This document shows positions 1 to 11,320 of a DNA stretch of 64,000 nucleotides, in pieces. The notes under the pieces were generated by a model. The model searched no databases. It had not been told where the DNA came from and worked only from the letters and a program-made list of their open reading frames with translations. A program made the position numbers and the translations under genes. This stretch comes from Escherichia coli (GTDB lineage: Bacteria > Pseudomonadota > Gammaproteobacteria > Enterobacterales > Enterobacteriaceae): the NCBI RefSeq assembly GCF_045037415.1, contig NZ_CP173438.1. One strand, given 5' to 3'. Every line of letters starts with the position of its first letter. Within the stretch, counting starts at the first letter, position 1.

Positions 1-1105
1 GACTGTAACGCACGGCGTTATCCAGCAAATTTCGCACCAACAAACTTAGCAATAGCGGTTGTCCGGTGCGTTTGATGCCGTTGGCATTGAGTGTCAGTCG
101 CACGTCAATGTTCGCCTGCTGCGCCGTGTGGTAAATATCCATCACCGACGATTGCAGGAGATCTTCAAGCGGGATCTCCGCGACGTCCTGAAGGTTATCC
201 AGTGAGTCCAGCCGCGATAGCGTGAGCAGTTGATCAACCAGACGAGTAGCGCGATCGATCCCGGAATGTAATTGGAGCAGCGCTTTTTTCCGCGCCTGCG
301 GATCATCGTCAGAGAGCTGAGCAACTTCGGTTTGCACTTTCAGCGCCGTTAACGGGCTACGAAGTTCGTGAGCTGCGTCGGAGGTAAAGCGTCGTTCACG
401 AACCATCATCGCATGTGTGCGGGCGAACAGTTGATTTAGCGACTCAACCAGTGGGCGCACTTCGCTGGGTACGCCCGTCGCGTTTAGTGGTTTTTCCGAG
501 TCTGGGTCACGCATACGTAGTGCCAGCGCCAGTTTGTTCAGCGGCGCGAGTTCACGACCCAGTAGCACCATCATGATGATTAACATAATCGGCAGTGCGA
601 CCAGCCACGGGATCAATTGTCCGGCAACAATCGCCAGCGCCATGTCTTCACGGTATTCCCATTCCTGACCCACAACGATGCGATATTTGCCATCAGGTGA
701 GGTCATCCAGACAAAACGCCAGGGATCGTCTTCACCGACCAGTTGCCCGTCAGCAAAACCTTCCCGCTGATAGCTATAGGGAATATCTTCTCCGTTATCG
801 CCATCGTTAAGGACCATTCTGCCGTCGTGGGTAAAGATGGCAAAAGTCAGCGCATCGTCATCAACATGACCGTGTTTTAATTTATTTGGCGTCTGTGCCA
901 TGCGATCCGCCGCGTTGATTTCGTTGAGATCGAGCGTACTTAACCGTTTGGCAAACAGCATCAGTTGGGTGTCGAACAACTCATCGACGTTATCCGTTGT
1001 TTGTTTCCAGGCGACAAAGCTGGAAAGCAGCCAGGTCACCGAGGCCAGAATTAAAAAGATTAGCGTCAGCCTGACTCGCAGACTAAGACGTTGGGTAAAT
1101 TTCAT
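1..1105 (-). CDS. qseC: Sensor histidine kinase QseC, N-terminal ~368 codons; the 3' end lies beyond the window start
   Basis: Minus-strand translation from ATG at 1105 reads [17 protein letters not shown]...; the H-box ...[13 protein letters not shown]... is readable around 340-400. Start overlaps the qseB stop (ATGA). Absent from the ORF track because no stop codon falls inside the window. Confidence 0.9.
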   Translation of the reverse strand, partial: MKFTQRLSLRVRLTLIFLILASVTWLLSSFVAWKQTTDNVDELFDTQLMLFAKRLSTLDLNEINAADRMAQTPNKLKHGHVDDDALTFAIFTHDGRMVLNDGDNGEDIPYSYQREGFADGQLVGEDDPWRFVWMTSPDGKYRIVVGQEWEYREDMALAIVAGQLIPWLVALPIMLIIMMVLLGRELAPLNKLALALRMRDPDSEKPLNATGVPSEVRPLVESLNQLFARTHAMMVRERRFTSDAAHELRSPLTALKVQTEVAQLSDDDPQARKKALLQLHSGIDRATRLVDQLLTLSRLDSLDNLQDVAEIPLEDLLQSSVMDIYHTAQQANIDVRLTLNANGIKRTGQPLLLSLLVRNLLDNAVRYS

Positions 1106-1761
1106 TTCTCACCTAATGTGTAGCCAATACCATGCACGGTACGAATAAAATCACTACCGAGTTTGCGTCGCAGATGATGCACATGCACTTCAACGGCATT
1201 ACTGGTGACCTCTTCGTCCCAGGTATACAGTTTCTCTTCAATCAGTTTGCGCGGCAGTACCCGACCAGCGTTACGCATCAGTAATTCCAGCAGGGCAAAT
1301 TCTTTTGGTTTCAGCGTTAAGGGTTCGCCAGCCAGCGTGGCGATACGTTTGCCGGGGTCGAGCATGACGTTGCCGTGGCGCAGCTCGTTGCTGGCCTGGC
1401 CGTTGGTTCGGCGCATCAGAGCTTCCAGCCTGGCGGCGACTTCTATCAACGCAAAAGGTTTACACAGATAATCGTCAGCTCCCAGACGCAGCCCTTCTAC
1501 ACGTTCCGCCAGCGCATCGCGCGCAGTCAGGATCAATACAGGCTCACGCTGACCTTTTTCTCGCCATTCGCGCAAAATATCGCGACCATCCATGCCTGGT
1601 AAGGTTAAATCCAGGATCACCGCATCATAAGGTGCGCTATATAGCGCCTCTTTTCCCTGACGACCTTGTGTAAACCAGTCGACGCTAAAACCCATTTTAC
1701 TAAGGCCCGTTTTGATGCCGTCGCCAATCAGCATGTCATCTTCTATCAGTAAAATTCGCAT
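1102..1761 (-). CDS. qseB: OmpR-family response regulator QseB
   Basis: 219-aa [23 protein letters not shown]... with receiver domain (DLTLPGMDG) and winged-helix C-terminus; stop overlaps the qseC start. Confidence 0.93.
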   Translation of the reverse strand: MRILLIEDDMLIGDGIKTGLSKMGFSVDWFTQGRQGKEALYSAPYDAVILDLTLPGMDGRDILREWREKGQREPVLILTARDALAERVEGLRLGADDYLCKPFALIEVAARLEALMRRTNGQASNELRHGNVMLDPGKRIATLAGEPLTLKPKEFALLELLMRNAGRVLPRKLIEEKLYTWDEEVTSNAVEVHVHHLRRKLGSDFIRTVHGIGYTLGEK

Positions 1762-1912
1762 TTTTTCATCCCTGCGATAACCGTATTTGCTGCCAGTAAA
1801 CCGTGTTGTAACGCGCTCTGTACAGCATTAAATTTTATTTTTTTCCCTTAAGAAGTTGTTAAGGACTATCTTGTTAAATGCTCGGAAACAGACATTAAAG
1901 GGAGTAATAAAC
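1762..1912. promoter_or_regulatory. Divergent intergenic/promoter region between qseBC and ygiW
   Basis: Non-coding gap between divergently oriented qseB and ygiW; AGGGAG Shine-Dalgarno ahead of the ygiW ATG at 1913. No operator sites were mapped. Confidence 0.5.
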
Positions 1913-2305
1913 ATGAAAAAATTCGCAGCAGTAATCGCAGTAATGGCCCTGTGCAGTGCACCGGTTATGGCAGCAGAGCAGGGAGGTTTTTCTGGCCCAT
2001 CGGCAACGCAAAGTCAGGCCGGAGGATTCCAGGGGCCGAACGGCAGCGTAACGACTGTAGAAAGCGCAAAATCCCTGCGTGACGACACCTGGGTAACCCT
2101 ACGCGGCAATATCGTTGAACGCATCTCTGACGATCTCTACGTGTTCAAAGATGCCAGCGGTACTATCAATGTTGATATCGACCATAAACGCTGGAACGGC
2201 GTGACGGTGACGCCGAAAGATACGGTTGAGATTCAGGGTGAAGTCGATAAAGACTGGAACTCTGTTGAAATTGACGTCAAACAGATCCGCAAAGTAAATC
2301 CGTAA
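1913..2305 (+). CDS. ygiW: BOF/YgiW-family periplasmic OB-fold protein
   Basis: Track ORF 1856..2305; preferred start is the internal ATG at 1913 (MKKFAAVIAVMALCSAPVMA signal peptide) preceded by AGGGAG. Confidence 0.88.
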   Translation: MKKFAAVIAVMALCSAPVMAAEQGGFSGPSATQSQAGGFQGPNGSVTTVESAKSLRDDTWVTLRGNIVERISDDLYVFKDASGTINVDIDHKRWNGVTVTPKDTVEIQGEVDKDWNSVEIDVKQIRKVNP

Positions 2306-2357
2306 TTGTTACCGCTCCCGGGACGCGTTCCCGGGAATAATTTCGCAGGGAGGCAAA

Positions 2358-2840
2358 ATGACAAACCTGACACTGGATGTAAATATTATCGATTTCCCAT
2401 CAATCCCTGTGGCGATGTTGCCGCACCGCTGTAGCCCTGAGTTGCTCAACTACAGCGTGGCGAAATTTATCATGTGGCGTAAAGAGACGGGGCTTTCTCC
2501 TGTTAACCAAAGCCAGACTTTTGGCGTCGCCTGGGACGACCCTGCCACCACCGCACCAGATGCGTTTCGCTTTGATATCTGCGGCAGCGTTAGCGAACCG
2601 ATCCCCGATAATCGTTATGGCGTAAGTAATGGTGAACTTACCGGTGGACGTTATGCTGTGGCCCGCCATGTTGGCGAGCTGGACGATATTTCACACACGA
2701 TATGGGGCATCATTCGCCACTGGCTGCCTGCAAGCGGCGAGAAAATGCGTAAAGCACCGATTCTGTTTCACTACACCAATCTTGCCGAAGGGATGACAGA
2801 GCAGCGACTGGAAATGGATGTTTATGTACCGTTAGCGTGA
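2358..2840 (+). CDS. ygiV: GyrI-like domain protein YgiV
   Basis: 160-aa ORF MTNLTLDVNIIDFPSIPVAM..., matching my recollection of the YgiV sequence and length. Confidence 0.85.
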   Translation: MTNLTLDVNIIDFPSIPVAMLPHRCSPELLNYSVAKFIMWRKETGLSPVNQSQTFGVAWDDPATTAPDAFRFDICGSVSEPIPDNRYGVSNGELTGGRYAVARHVGELDDISHTIWGIIRHWLPASGEKMRKAPILFHYTNLAEGMTEQRLEMDVYVPLA

Positions 2841-2948
2841 TGGGGAATCTTTACCGGAGTGTGAGCCAAATCACTCGCGATAAGTTTGAGCAAACAATGC
2901 CACAGGCGTATTGTTGTCGGGCTTATAATTTCTCCGGTAAGGAATACC

Positions 2949-4556
2949 ATGTATACGCGAAATTTATTATGGCTGGTCAGCCTGGTAAGTGCGGCTCCTC
3001 TCTACGCTGCTGACGTTCCCGCCAACACACCGCTCGCCCCGCAACAAGTCTTTCGTTACAACAATCATAGCGACCCAGGCACGCTCGACCCGCAAAAGGT
3101 AGAGGAGAATACCGCCGCGCAGATTGTGCTGGATCTGTTTGAAGGTCTGGTATGGATGGACGGTGAAGGCCAGGTGCAGCCCGCTCAGGCTGAACGCTGG
3201 GAGATACTTGACGGCGGCAAGCGCTATATTTTCCATCTGCGTAGCGGTTTGCAGTGGTCAGACGGTCAGCCTCTGACGGCAGAGGATTTTGTCCTCGGCT
3301 GGCAGCGCGCGGTTGACCCGAAAACGGCAAGCCCTTTTGCTGGCTATCTGGCACAGGCGCACATTAACAATGCCGCGGCTATTGTTGCGGGTAAAGCAGA
3401 TGTTACATCGCTGGGTGTCAAAGCGATGGATGATCGTACTCTTGAAGTTACGCTTGAGCAGCCGGTTCCTTGGTTCACGACGATGCTCGCCTGGCCGACG
3501 CTGTTCCCGGTTCCTCATCATGTCATCGCTAAACATGGCGATAGCTGGAGTAAGCCAGAGAACATGGTTTACAACGGTGCCTTTGTGCTTGATAAATGGG
3601 TAGTTAACGAAAAGATTACTGCACGCAAAAATCCAAAGTACCGCGATGCGCAACATACAGTATTGCAACAGGTTGAGTATCTGGCGCTGGATAATTCGGT
3701 CACCGGCTATAACCGCTATCGCGCGGGAGAGGTCGATCTCACCTGGGTTCCGGCGCAGCAAATTCCCGCCATTGAAAAATCACTGCCTGGCGAGCTACGA
3801 ATTATCCCGCGTCTGAACAGCGAATATTACAACTTTAACCTTGAGAAACCGCCATTTAACGATGTGCGGGTGCGTCGGGCGCTATATCTTACGGTTGATC
3901 GACAGCTTATTGCGCAAAAGGTACTGGGGTTGAGAACGCCCGCAACCACGCTGACGCCGCCAGAGGTAAAAGGCTTTAGCGCGACGACGTTCGATGAACT
4001 GCAAAAGCCAATGAGTGAGCGCGTCGCGATGGCAAAAGTCTTGCTGAAACAGGCGGGATACGACGCCTCTCATCCGCTACGCTTTGAGCTGTTCTACAAC
4101 AAGTACGATCTGCATGAAAAGACCGCGATAGCGTTGTCTTCCGAATGGAAAAAATGGCTGGGTGCACAGGTGACGCTGCGCACAATGGAGTGGAAAACCT
4201 ATCTTGATGCCCGACGAGCCGGTGATTTTATGCTGTCTCGGCAGTCGTGGGATGCGACGTACAATGATGCCTCCAGCTTCCTGAACACGCTCAAAAGCGA
4301 TAGTGAAGAAAACGTCGGCCACTGGAAAAACGCGCAGTATGACGCCTTACTAAACCAGGCGGCACAAACGGCTGATGCAACAAAGCGTAATGCGCTGTAT
4401 CAGCAGGCAGAAGTGATCATCAACCAGCAGGCACCGCTGATTCCCATCTACTATCAGCCGTTAATCAAACTGCTTAAACCCTACGTTGGCGGTTTTCCGC
4501 TGCATAATCCCCAGGATTATGTCTACAGCAAAGAGTTGTATATCAAGGCACATTGA
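2949..4556 (+). CDS. ygiS: Periplasmic solute-binding protein (ABC family 5) YgiS
   Basis: Track ORF 2886..4556; preferred start ATG at 2949 (MYTRNLLWLVSLVSAAPLYA signal peptide). Oligopeptide-binding-protein-like sequence. Confidence 0.88.
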   Translation: MYTRNLLWLVSLVSAAPLYAADVPANTPLAPQQVFRYNNHSDPGTLDPQKVEENTAAQIVLDLFEGLVWMDGEGQVQPAQAERWEILDGGKRYIFHLRSGLQWSDGQPLTAEDFVLGWQRAVDPKTASPFAGYLAQAHINNAAAIVAGKADVTSLGVKAMDDRTLEVTLEQPVPWFTTMLAWPTLFPVPHHVIAKHGDSWSKPENMVYNGAFVLDKWVVNEKITARKNPKYRDAQHTVLQQVEYLALDNSVTGYNRYRAGEVDLTWVPAQQIPAIEKSLPGELRIIPRLNSEYYNFNLEKPPFNDVRVRRALYLTVDRQLIAQKVLGLRTPATTLTPPEVKGFSATTFDELQKPMSERVAMAKVLLKQAGYDASHPLRFELFYNKYDLHEKTAIALSSEWKKWLGAQVTLRTMEWKTYLDARRAGDFMLSRQSWDATYNDASSFLNTLKSDSEENVGHWKNAQYDALLNQAAQTADATKRNALYQQAEVIINQQAPLIPIYYQPLIKLLKPYVGGFPLHNPQDYVYSKELYIKAH

Positions 4557-4693
4557 TGCCTTTATCGCCGCCGGAGCACGTCCGGCGGCGCTATTCACGC
4601 TGATCTCCTGTGACTCGACGCGGCAGATAATGTAGTATCTCCGGCAATATTGCCCCTTTGAAGGCTGGCGAATAAGTTGAGGAATCAGAATTA

Positions 4694-6952
4694 ATGAGCG
4701 ATATGGCAGAGCGCCTTGCGCTACATGAATTTACGGAAAACGCCTACTTAAACTACTCCATGTACGTGATCATGGACCGTGCGTTGCCGTTTATTGGTGA
4801 TGGTCTGAAACCTGTTCAGCGCCGCATTGTGTATGCGATGTCTGAGCTGGGCCTGAATGCCAGCGCCAAATTTAAAAAATCGGCCCGTACCGTCGGTGAC
4901 GTACTGGGTAAATACCATCCGCACGGCGATATTGCCTGTTATGTAGCGATGGTCCTGATGGCGCAGCCGTTCTCTTACCGTTATCCGCTGGTTGATGGTC
5001 AGGGGAACTGGGGGGCGCCGGACGATCCGAAATCGTTCGCGGCAATGCGTTACACCGAATCCCGGTTGTCGAAATATTCCGAGCTGCTATTGAGCGAGCT
5101 GGGGCAGGGGACGGCTGACTGGGTGCCAAACTTCGACGGCACTTTGCAGGAGCCGAAAATGCTGCCTGCCCGTCTGCCAAACATTTTGCTTAACGGCACC
5201 ACCGGTATTGCCGTCGGCATGGCGACCGATATTCCACCGCATAACCTGCGTGAAGTGGCTCAGGCGGTAATTGCCTTAATCGACCAGCCGAAAACCACGC
5301 TCGATCAGCTGCTGGATATCGTGCAGGGGCCGGATTATCCGACTGAAGCGGAAATTATCACTTCGCGCGCCGAGATTCGTAAAATCTACGAGAACGGACG
5401 TGGTTCAGTGCGTATGCGCGCGGTTTGGAAGAAGGAAGATGGCGCGGTGGTTATCAGCGCATTGCCGCATCAGGTTTCAGGTGCGCGCGTACTGGAGCAA
5501 ATTGCTGCGCAAATGCGCAACAAAAAGCTGCCGATGGTTGACGATCTGCGCGATGAATCTGACCACGAGAACCCGACCCGTCTGGTGATTGTGCCGCGTT
5601 CCAACCGCGTGGATATGGATCAGGTGATGAACCACCTCTTTGCTACCACCGATCTGGAAAAGAGCTATCGCATTAACCTCAATATGATCGGTCTGGATGG
5701 TCGTCCGGCGGTGAAAAACCTGCTGGAAATCCTCTCCGAATGGCTGGTGTTCCGCCGCGATACCGTGCGCCGCCGACTGAACTATCGTCTGGAGAAAGTT
5801 CTCAAGCGCCTGCATATCCTCGAAGGTTTGCTGGTGGCGTTTCTCAATATCGACGAAGTGATTGAGATCATTCGTAATGAAGATGAACCGAAACCGGCGC
5901 TGATGTCGCGGTTTGGCCTTACGGAAACCCAGGCGGAAGCGATCCTCGAACTGAAACTGCGTCATCTTGCCAAACTGGAAGAGATGAAGATTCGCGGTGA
6001 GCAGAGTGAGCTGGAAAAAGAGCGCGACCAGTTGCAGGGCATTTTGGCTTCCGAGCGTAAAATGAATAACCTGCTGAAGAAAGAACTGCAGGCAGACGCG
6101 CAAGGCTACGGTGACGAACGTCGTTCGCCGTTGCATGAACGCGAAGAAGCGAAAGCGATGAGCGAGCACGACATGCTGCCGTCTGAACCTGTCACCATTG
6201 TGCTGTCGCAGATGGGCTGGGTACGCAGCGCTAAAGGCCATGATATCGACGCGCCGGGCCTGAATTATAAAGCGGGTGATAGCTTCAAAGCGGCGGTGAA
6301 AGGTAAGAGCAACCAACCGGTAGTGTTTGTTGATTCCACCGGTCGTAGCTATGCCATCGACCCGATTACGCTGCCGTCGGCGCGTGGTCAGGGCGAGCCG
6401 CTCACCGGCAAATTAACGTTGCCGCCTGGAGCGACCGTTGACCATATGCTGATGGAAAGCGACGATCAGAAACTGCTGATGGCTTCCGATGCGGGTTACG
6501 GTTTCGTCTGCACCTTTAACGATCTGGTGGCGCGTAACCGTGCAGGTAAGGCTTTGATCACCTTACCGGAAAATGCCCATGTTATGCCGCCGGTGGTGAT
6601 TGAAGATGCTTCCGATATGCTGCTGGCAATCACTCAGGCAGGCCGTATGTTGATGTTCCCGGTAAGCGATCTGCCGCAGCTGTCGAAGGGCAAAGGCAAC
6701 AAGATTATCAACATTCCATCGGCAGAAGCCGCGCGTGGCGAGGATGGCCTGGCGCAACTGTACGTTCTGCCGCCGCAAAGCACGCTGACCATTCATGTTG
6801 GGAAACGCAAAATTAAACTGCGTCCGGAAGAGCTACAGAAAGTCACTGGCGAACGTGGACGCCGCGGTACGTTGATGCGCGGTTTGCAGCGTATCGATCG
6901 TGTTGAGATCGACTCTCCTCGCCGTGCCAGCAGCGGTGATAGCGAAGAGTAA
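4694..6952 (+). CDS. parC: DNA topoisomerase IV subunit A
   Basis: 752-aa [35 protein letters not shown]... with the GyrA/ParC N-terminal motifs. Confidence 0.97.
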   Translation: MSDMAERLALHEFTENAYLNYSMYVIMDRALPFIGDGLKPVQRRIVYAMSELGLNASAKFKKSARTVGDVLGKYHPHGDIACYVAMVLMAQPFSYRYPLVDGQGNWGAPDDPKSFAAMRYTESRLSKYSELLLSELGQGTADWVPNFDGTLQEPKMLPARLPNILLNGTTGIAVGMATDIPPHNLREVAQAVIALIDQPKTTLDQLLDIVQGPDYPTEAEIITSRAEIRKIYENGRGSVRMRAVWKKEDGAVVISALPHQVSGARVLEQIAAQMRNKKLPMVDDLRDESDHENPTRLVIVPRSNRVDMDQVMNHLFATTDLEKSYRINLNMIGLDGRPAVKNLLEILSEWLVFRRDTVRRRLNYRLEKVLKRLHILEGLLVAFLNIDEVIEIIRNEDEPKPALMSRFGLTETQAEAILELKLRHLAKLEEMKIRGEQSELEKERDQLQGILASERKMNNLLKKELQADAQGYGDERRSPLHEREEAKAMSEHDMLPSEPVTIVLSQMGWVRSAKGHDIDAPGLNYKAGDSFKAAVKGKSNQPVVFVDSTGRSYAIDPITLPSARGQGEPLTGKLTLPPGATVDHMLMESDDQKLLMASDAGYGFVCTFNDLVARNRAGKALITLPENAHVMPPVVIEDASDMLLAITQAGRMLMFPVSDLPQLSKGKGNKIINIPSAEAARGEDGLAQLYVLPPQSTLTIHVGKRKIKLRPEELQKVTGERGRRGTLMRGLQRIDRVEIDSPRRASSGDSEE

Positions 6953-6993
6953 TATGCCGGGGAGGGCGCTGTTTCCTCCCGCTTGCAAGGAAC

Positions 6994-7023
6994 GCCGGAT
7001 GAAACGTTAAGTCGTCATCCGGC
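6994..7023. repeat. REP-like palindromic element downstream of parC
   Basis: GCCGGATGAAACGTTAAGTCGTCATCCGGC; the GCCGGATG...CATCCGGC arms resemble the REP consensus. Confidence 0.4.
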
Positions 7024-7186
7024 AGCGTATTCAATCCCCGGAAACGATAAAAATTCCCTTGAAACCGTTGTTTATTCATGCGTTGCGATTAACAATACGC
7101 TTTTCCAGAGAGCGGCTTTTAACAATGCCCTAACCTGATTTTCAGGTGACGTACAATGCCAGTCTCTCAGACCTTCAGAGGGTGTT

Positions 7187-7924
7187 ATGCTATATATCTT
7201 TCGTCTTATTATTACCGTGATTTACAGCATCTTAGTCTGTGTATTCGGCTCCATTTACTGCCTTTTCAGCCCGCGTAATCCGAAACATGTGGCCACCTTT
7301 GGGCATATGTTTGGTCGTCTTGCGCCGCTTTTCGGCCTGAAAGTGGAGTGCCGCAAACCTGCAGACGCTGAAAACTACGGCAATGCTATCTATATTGCTA
7401 ACCACCAGAACAATTATGACATGGTGACGGCATCGAACATTGTGCAGCCGCCGACAGTGACGGTAGGTAAAAAGAGTTTGCTGTGGATCCCCTTCTTCGG
7501 GCAGTTGTATTGGTTAACCGGCAACTTATTGATCGACAGAAACAATCGCACTAAAGCTCACGGCACTATTGCGGAAGTAGTGAATCACTTCAAAAAACGC
7601 CGTATTTCCATCTGGATGTTCCCGGAAGGAACCCGCAGCCGTGGTCGCGGCCTGCTGCCGTTCAAGACCGGGGCATTTCACGCGGCAATTGCGGCGGGCG
7701 TCCCGATTATACCCGTGTGCGTCTCTACAACTTCGAATAAGATTAATCTTAATCGGCTACACAACGGTCTGGTGATTGTCGAAATGCTGCCGCCAATTGA
7801 CGTCAGTCAGTATGGCAAAGATCAGGTTCGCGAGTTGGCTGCCCATTGTCGTTCGATAATGGAACAAAAAATCGCCGAGCTCGATAAAGAAGTCGCAGAA
7901 CGCGAAGCCGCCGGAAAAGTTTAA
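7187..7924 (+). CDS. plsC: 1-acyl-sn-glycerol-3-phosphate acyltransferase
   Basis: 245-aa ORF MLYIFRLIITVIYSILVCVF... with the acyltransferase HX4D motif (NHQNNYD) and FPEGTRS. Confidence 0.95.
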   Translation: MLYIFRLIITVIYSILVCVFGSIYCLFSPRNPKHVATFGHMFGRLAPLFGLKVECRKPADAENYGNAIYIANHQNNYDMVTASNIVQPPTVTVGKKSLLWIPFFGQLYWLTGNLLIDRNNRTKAHGTIAEVVNHFKKRRISIWMFPEGTRSRGRGLLPFKTGAFHAAIAAGVPIIPVCVSTTSNKINLNRLHNGLVIVEMLPPIDVSQYGKDQVRELAAHCRSIMEQKIAELDKEVAEREAAGKV

Positions 7925-7998
7925 GTCGGCAATCTGTATTTTTGCGGGGAACACTTTCCTGCACGGTATTACTTTAGCCAGTTTTACATGGAGCAAAT

Positions 7999-9411
7999 AT
8001 GTCACTCAGTCGGCGTCAGTTCATTCAGGCATCGGGGATTGCACTTTGTGCAGGCGCTGTTCCCCTGAAGGCCAGCGCAGCCGGGCAACAGCAACCGCTA
8101 CCCGTTCCGCCGCTGCTTGAATCTCGCCGTGGGCAACCGCTGTTTATGACTGTACAACGTGCGCACTGGTCATTTACGCCAGGGACACGCGCGTCGGTTT
8201 GGGGAATCAATGGTCGTTACCTGGGGCCGACTATCCGCGTCTGGAAGGGCGACGATGTTAAGCTTATTTACAGCAACCGCCTGACAGAAAATGTCTCAAT
8301 GACGGTGGCCGGGCTACAGGTACCTGGCCCGCTGATGGGCGGTCCGGCACGGATGATGTCGCCAAACGCTGACTGGGCACCCGTACTGCCCATTCGCCAG
8401 AACGCAGCTACTCTGTGGTATCACGCCAATACTCCCAACCGCACGGCTCAGCAGGTCTATAACGGCCTTGCCGGAATGTGGCTGGTGGAAGATGAAGTCA
8501 GTAAATCGCTGCCTATCCCCAACCATTATGGTGTGGATGATTTTCCTGTCATTATTCAGGATAAACGGCTGGATAACTTTGGTACGCCAGAATATAACGA
8601 ACCTGGAAGCGGCGGCTTTGTTGGCGATACGCTACTGGTTAACGGTGTACAAAGCCCGTACGTTGAAGTCTCGCGTGGCTGGGTGCGCTTGCGTCTGTTG
8701 AACGCGTCGAACTCTCGTCGCTATCAACTACAGATGAGCGATGGTCGCCCGTTACATGTGATTTCTGGCGATCAGGGATTCCTGCCCGCTCCTGTATCGG
8801 TGAAGCAACTTTCGCTGGCACCGGGCGAGCGTCGTGAGATTCTGGTGGATATGAGCAACGGTGATGAAGTGTCGATTACCTGTGGCGAAGCGGCGAGCAT
8901 TGTTGATCGTATTCGTGGCTTCTTTGAGCCATCCAGCATTCTGGTTTCTACGCTGGTGCTAACGCTGCGCCCAACCGGCCTTCTGCCGCTGGTCACAGAC
9001 AGTCTTCCGATGCGCTTGCTGCCAACTGAAATCATGGCCGGTTCGCCGATTCGAAGTCGTGATATCAGTCTGGGTGATGACCCGGGGATTAATGGGCAGT
9101 TGTGGGACGTCAACCGTATTGATGTTACTGCGCAGCAAGGAACGTGGGAACGCTGGACGGTGCGCGCGGACGAGCCGCAAGCGTTCCATATTGAAGGCGT
9201 GATGTTCCAGATCCGTAACGTGAATGGCGCGATGCCGTTCCCGGAAGACAGAGGCTGGAAAGATACCGTTTGGGTTGACGGACAAGTGGAGCTGCTTGTT
9301 TATTTCGGTCAGCCTTCCTGGGCGCACTTCCCGTTCTACTTCAACAGTCAGACGCTGGAAATGGCGGACCGTGGCTCGATTGGGCAACTGTTGGTCAATC
9401 CGGTACCGTAA
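7999..9411 (+). CDS. ftsP: Cell division protein FtsP (SufI), multicopper-oxidase fold, Tat-exported
   Basis: 470-aa ORF with twin-arginine signal MSLSRRQFIQASGIALCAGAVPLKASA. Confidence 0.95.
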   Translation: MSLSRRQFIQASGIALCAGAVPLKASAAGQQQPLPVPPLLESRRGQPLFMTVQRAHWSFTPGTRASVWGINGRYLGPTIRVWKGDDVKLIYSNRLTENVSMTVAGLQVPGPLMGGPARMMSPNADWAPVLPIRQNAATLWYHANTPNRTAQQVYNGLAGMWLVEDEVSKSLPIPNHYGVDDFPVIIQDKRLDNFGTPEYNEPGSGGFVGDTLLVNGVQSPYVEVSRGWVRLRLLNASNSRRYQLQMSDGRPLHVISGDQGFLPAPVSVKQLSLAPGERREILVDMSNGDEVSITCGEAASIVDRIRGFFEPSSILVSTLVLTLRPTGLLPLVTDSLPMRLLPTEIMAGSPIRSRDISLGDDPGINGQLWDVNRIDVTAQQGTWERWTVRADEPQAFHIEGVMFQIRNVNGAMPFPEDRGWKDTVWVDGQVELLVYFGQPSWAHFPFYFNSQTLEMADRGSIGQLLVNPVP

Positions 9412-9422
9412 TGGACCAATTC

Positions 9423-9448
9423 AATGCCCCACAGAGTGGTGGGGCATT
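9423..9448 (+). terminator. Stem-loop immediately downstream of ftsP (putative terminator)
   Basis: AATGCCCCAC-AGAGTG-GTGGGGCATT, perfect 10-bp inverted repeat 12 nt after the ftsP stop; no strong T-run follows. Confidence 0.5.
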
Positions 9449-9481
9449 GAAAATTACTCAGTATGCAGTCTTCATTGTGTA

Positions 9482-10786
9482 TCAGGTCGAAAATAATCCT
9501 GGCAGCATCAGACTAAGCTGCGGGAAATAACAAATAATTGCCATTACTACAAACAATGCCAGAAACATCGGCAGTAATGGTTTTATTGCCCTGTCGATAC
9601 TGACCTTACCAATGCTGCATCCCACAAACAGAATGGTGCCGACAGGTGGTGTGCAAAGGCCAATGGTTAAGTTGAAAACCATAATGATGCCGAAGTGAAT
9701 CGGATCAATCCCCAGATGCTGGGCGATCGGCAGGAAAATAGGTGTAAATATCAGGATCGCCGGCGTGATATCCATAAAGGTACCAACGATCAACAGAATG
9801 ATATTGATAATAAACAGAATGACCCATTTGTTATCCGAAACGCGGGTAATCAGTTCGTTGATCAACTCAGGAACATCAGCATTCGTCATGGCCCATGACA
9901 TCCCCATCGAGCAGCCTACCAGTAACAGAACAATTGAACTGGTTACTACCGAATCTAACAGAATATCATTGAGCTTCTTAAGAGTGATTTCCCGGTAAAT
10001 CATCGCCAGGGCTAAACTATAAATTACCGCAATTGCCGATGCTTCTGTAGGCGTAAATACCCCCGCGATAATACCGCCAATAATGATAAAAATAAGCATC
10101 AGGCTAGGAATTGATTCGCGGAATACCTGTAAAAACTGACGGTAATTAATGCGCTCGGCCACCGGATAATGGTGACGTCGGGCATAAAGTGCAGCTACAA
10201 ACATTAAGGCAACAGCGGTGAGGATGCCCGGCAGATATCCAGCTAAGAACAACGCAGCGACAGAAGTCCCGCCACTGGCAAGGGAATAAACAATCAACAC
10301 ATTGCTCGGTGGGATCATCAGGCCAATGGGGGCAGAGGCAATATTAACCGCTGCTGAAAACGCCGGATCATATCCCTCTTTTTCTTGCAGTGGTGACATA
10401 ATCCCACCTACCGCGGCGGCTGACGCAACGGCTGAACCTGAAATCGCACCAAACAGTGTATTCGCGAGGATATTACAATGAGCCAGTGAGCCAGGAAGAC
10501 GCCCAACTAATGCTTGCGCCAGGTTAACCAGTCGTCTGGCTATACCACCGGTATTCATAATGTTTCCGGCTAACACGAAGAAGGGAATGGCTAATAGCGT
10601 AAAGCCATCCAGCCCCACAGTCATCTTTTGCGAAATCACAGAAATGGCGGCATCGGGTGGTAAGGCAGTAATAATAGATAACAGCGAAGAAAGACCAATC
10701 GCAAAAGTAATTGGCACACCTATTGCCAGCATGACGGCAAAACTGCCAAATAAAATTAAGACGGGGTAGATATATTCAAAGTCCAT
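9482..10786 (-). CDS. TRAP transporter large permease (DctM family)
   Basis: Track ORF 9482..10828 starts at TTG; preferred start is ATG at 10786 (MDFEYIYPVLILFG...), preceded by GAGGG. Polytopic hydrophobic protein typical of DctM. Confidence 0.85.
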   Translation of the reverse strand: MDFEYIYPVLILFGSFAVMLAIGVPITFAIGLSSLLSIITALPPDAAISVISQKMTVGLDGFTLLAIPFFVLAGNIMNTGGIARRLVNLAQALVGRLPGSLAHCNILANTLFGAISGSAVASAAAVGGIMSPLQEKEGYDPAFSAAVNIASAPIGLMIPPSNVLIVYSLASGGTSVAALFLAGYLPGILTAVALMFVAALYARRHHYPVAERINYRQFLQVFRESIPSLMLIFIIIGGIIAGVFTPTEASAIAVIYSLALAMIYREITLKKLNDILLDSVVTSSIVLLLVGCSMGMSWAMTNADVPELINELITRVSDNKWVILFIINIILLIVGTFMDITPAILIFTPIFLPIAQHLGIDPIHFGIIMVFNLTIGLCTPPVGTILFVGCSIGKVSIDRAIKPLLPMFLALFVVMAIICYFPQLSLMLPGLFST

Positions 10787-10796
10787 ATTTCCCTCG

Positions 10797-11279
10797 TTAA
10801 TGAAAATTCCGTTTACGATAGTTGTCAATAATATTCATTACTGAATACCAGACCAGAATAAGCCCACTGACAGGCATAACCCAATATACTTTATCCATTG
10901 GCCATTTTAATACTGGAGAGATTTGTCCAACATGTTGTGCTTTTTCAACAACAATATTCCCGCCATAGATCATGAAAATAACCGCAAAGACCGTAATAAT
11001 AATTTGGATAAAACTGTCAAGCGTCAGAACAGATGCAGCCGGAAGTTTTTGAGCCAACAAATCAATGGCCAGATGTTTTTTTAACCCCGCAGTATATACA
11101 CCGCCAAGTAAAATCATCCACATAAATAAAATCTGGGTGAACTCATCAAGCACAGTGCTGGGAGCGTTAAAAATAAAACGTGCAATAACTTGCCAGGTTA
11201 CGCAGAACACCATAATGGCGAGAATAATGCAGCAACATCCGGCAAGGATCTTATTAAGAATATGAGTGAGTGTTCGCAT
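10797..11279 (-). CDS. TRAP transporter small permease (DctQ family)
   Basis: 160-aa, 4-TM-like protein immediately upstream of the large permease, the canonical Q-M order. Confidence 0.8.
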   Translation of the reverse strand: MRTLTHILNKILAGCCCIILAIMVFCVTWQVIARFIFNAPSTVLDEFTQILFMWMILLGGVYTAGLKKHLAIDLLAQKLPAASVLTLDSFIQIIITVFAVIFMIYGGNIVVEKAQHVGQISPVLKWPMDKVYWVMPVSGLILVWYSVMNIIDNYRKRNFH

Positions 11280-11320
11280 AAGTCTTCCATGAAAAGGCAG
11301 GAATTACCTGCCCATTAGGG

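Noticed and set aside
5477-6316. 279-aa minus-strand ORF inside parC
   Set aside because: Lies wholly antisense to the confidently identified parC coding sequence; composition is typical of a GC-rich antisense frame; no start context or family resemblance.
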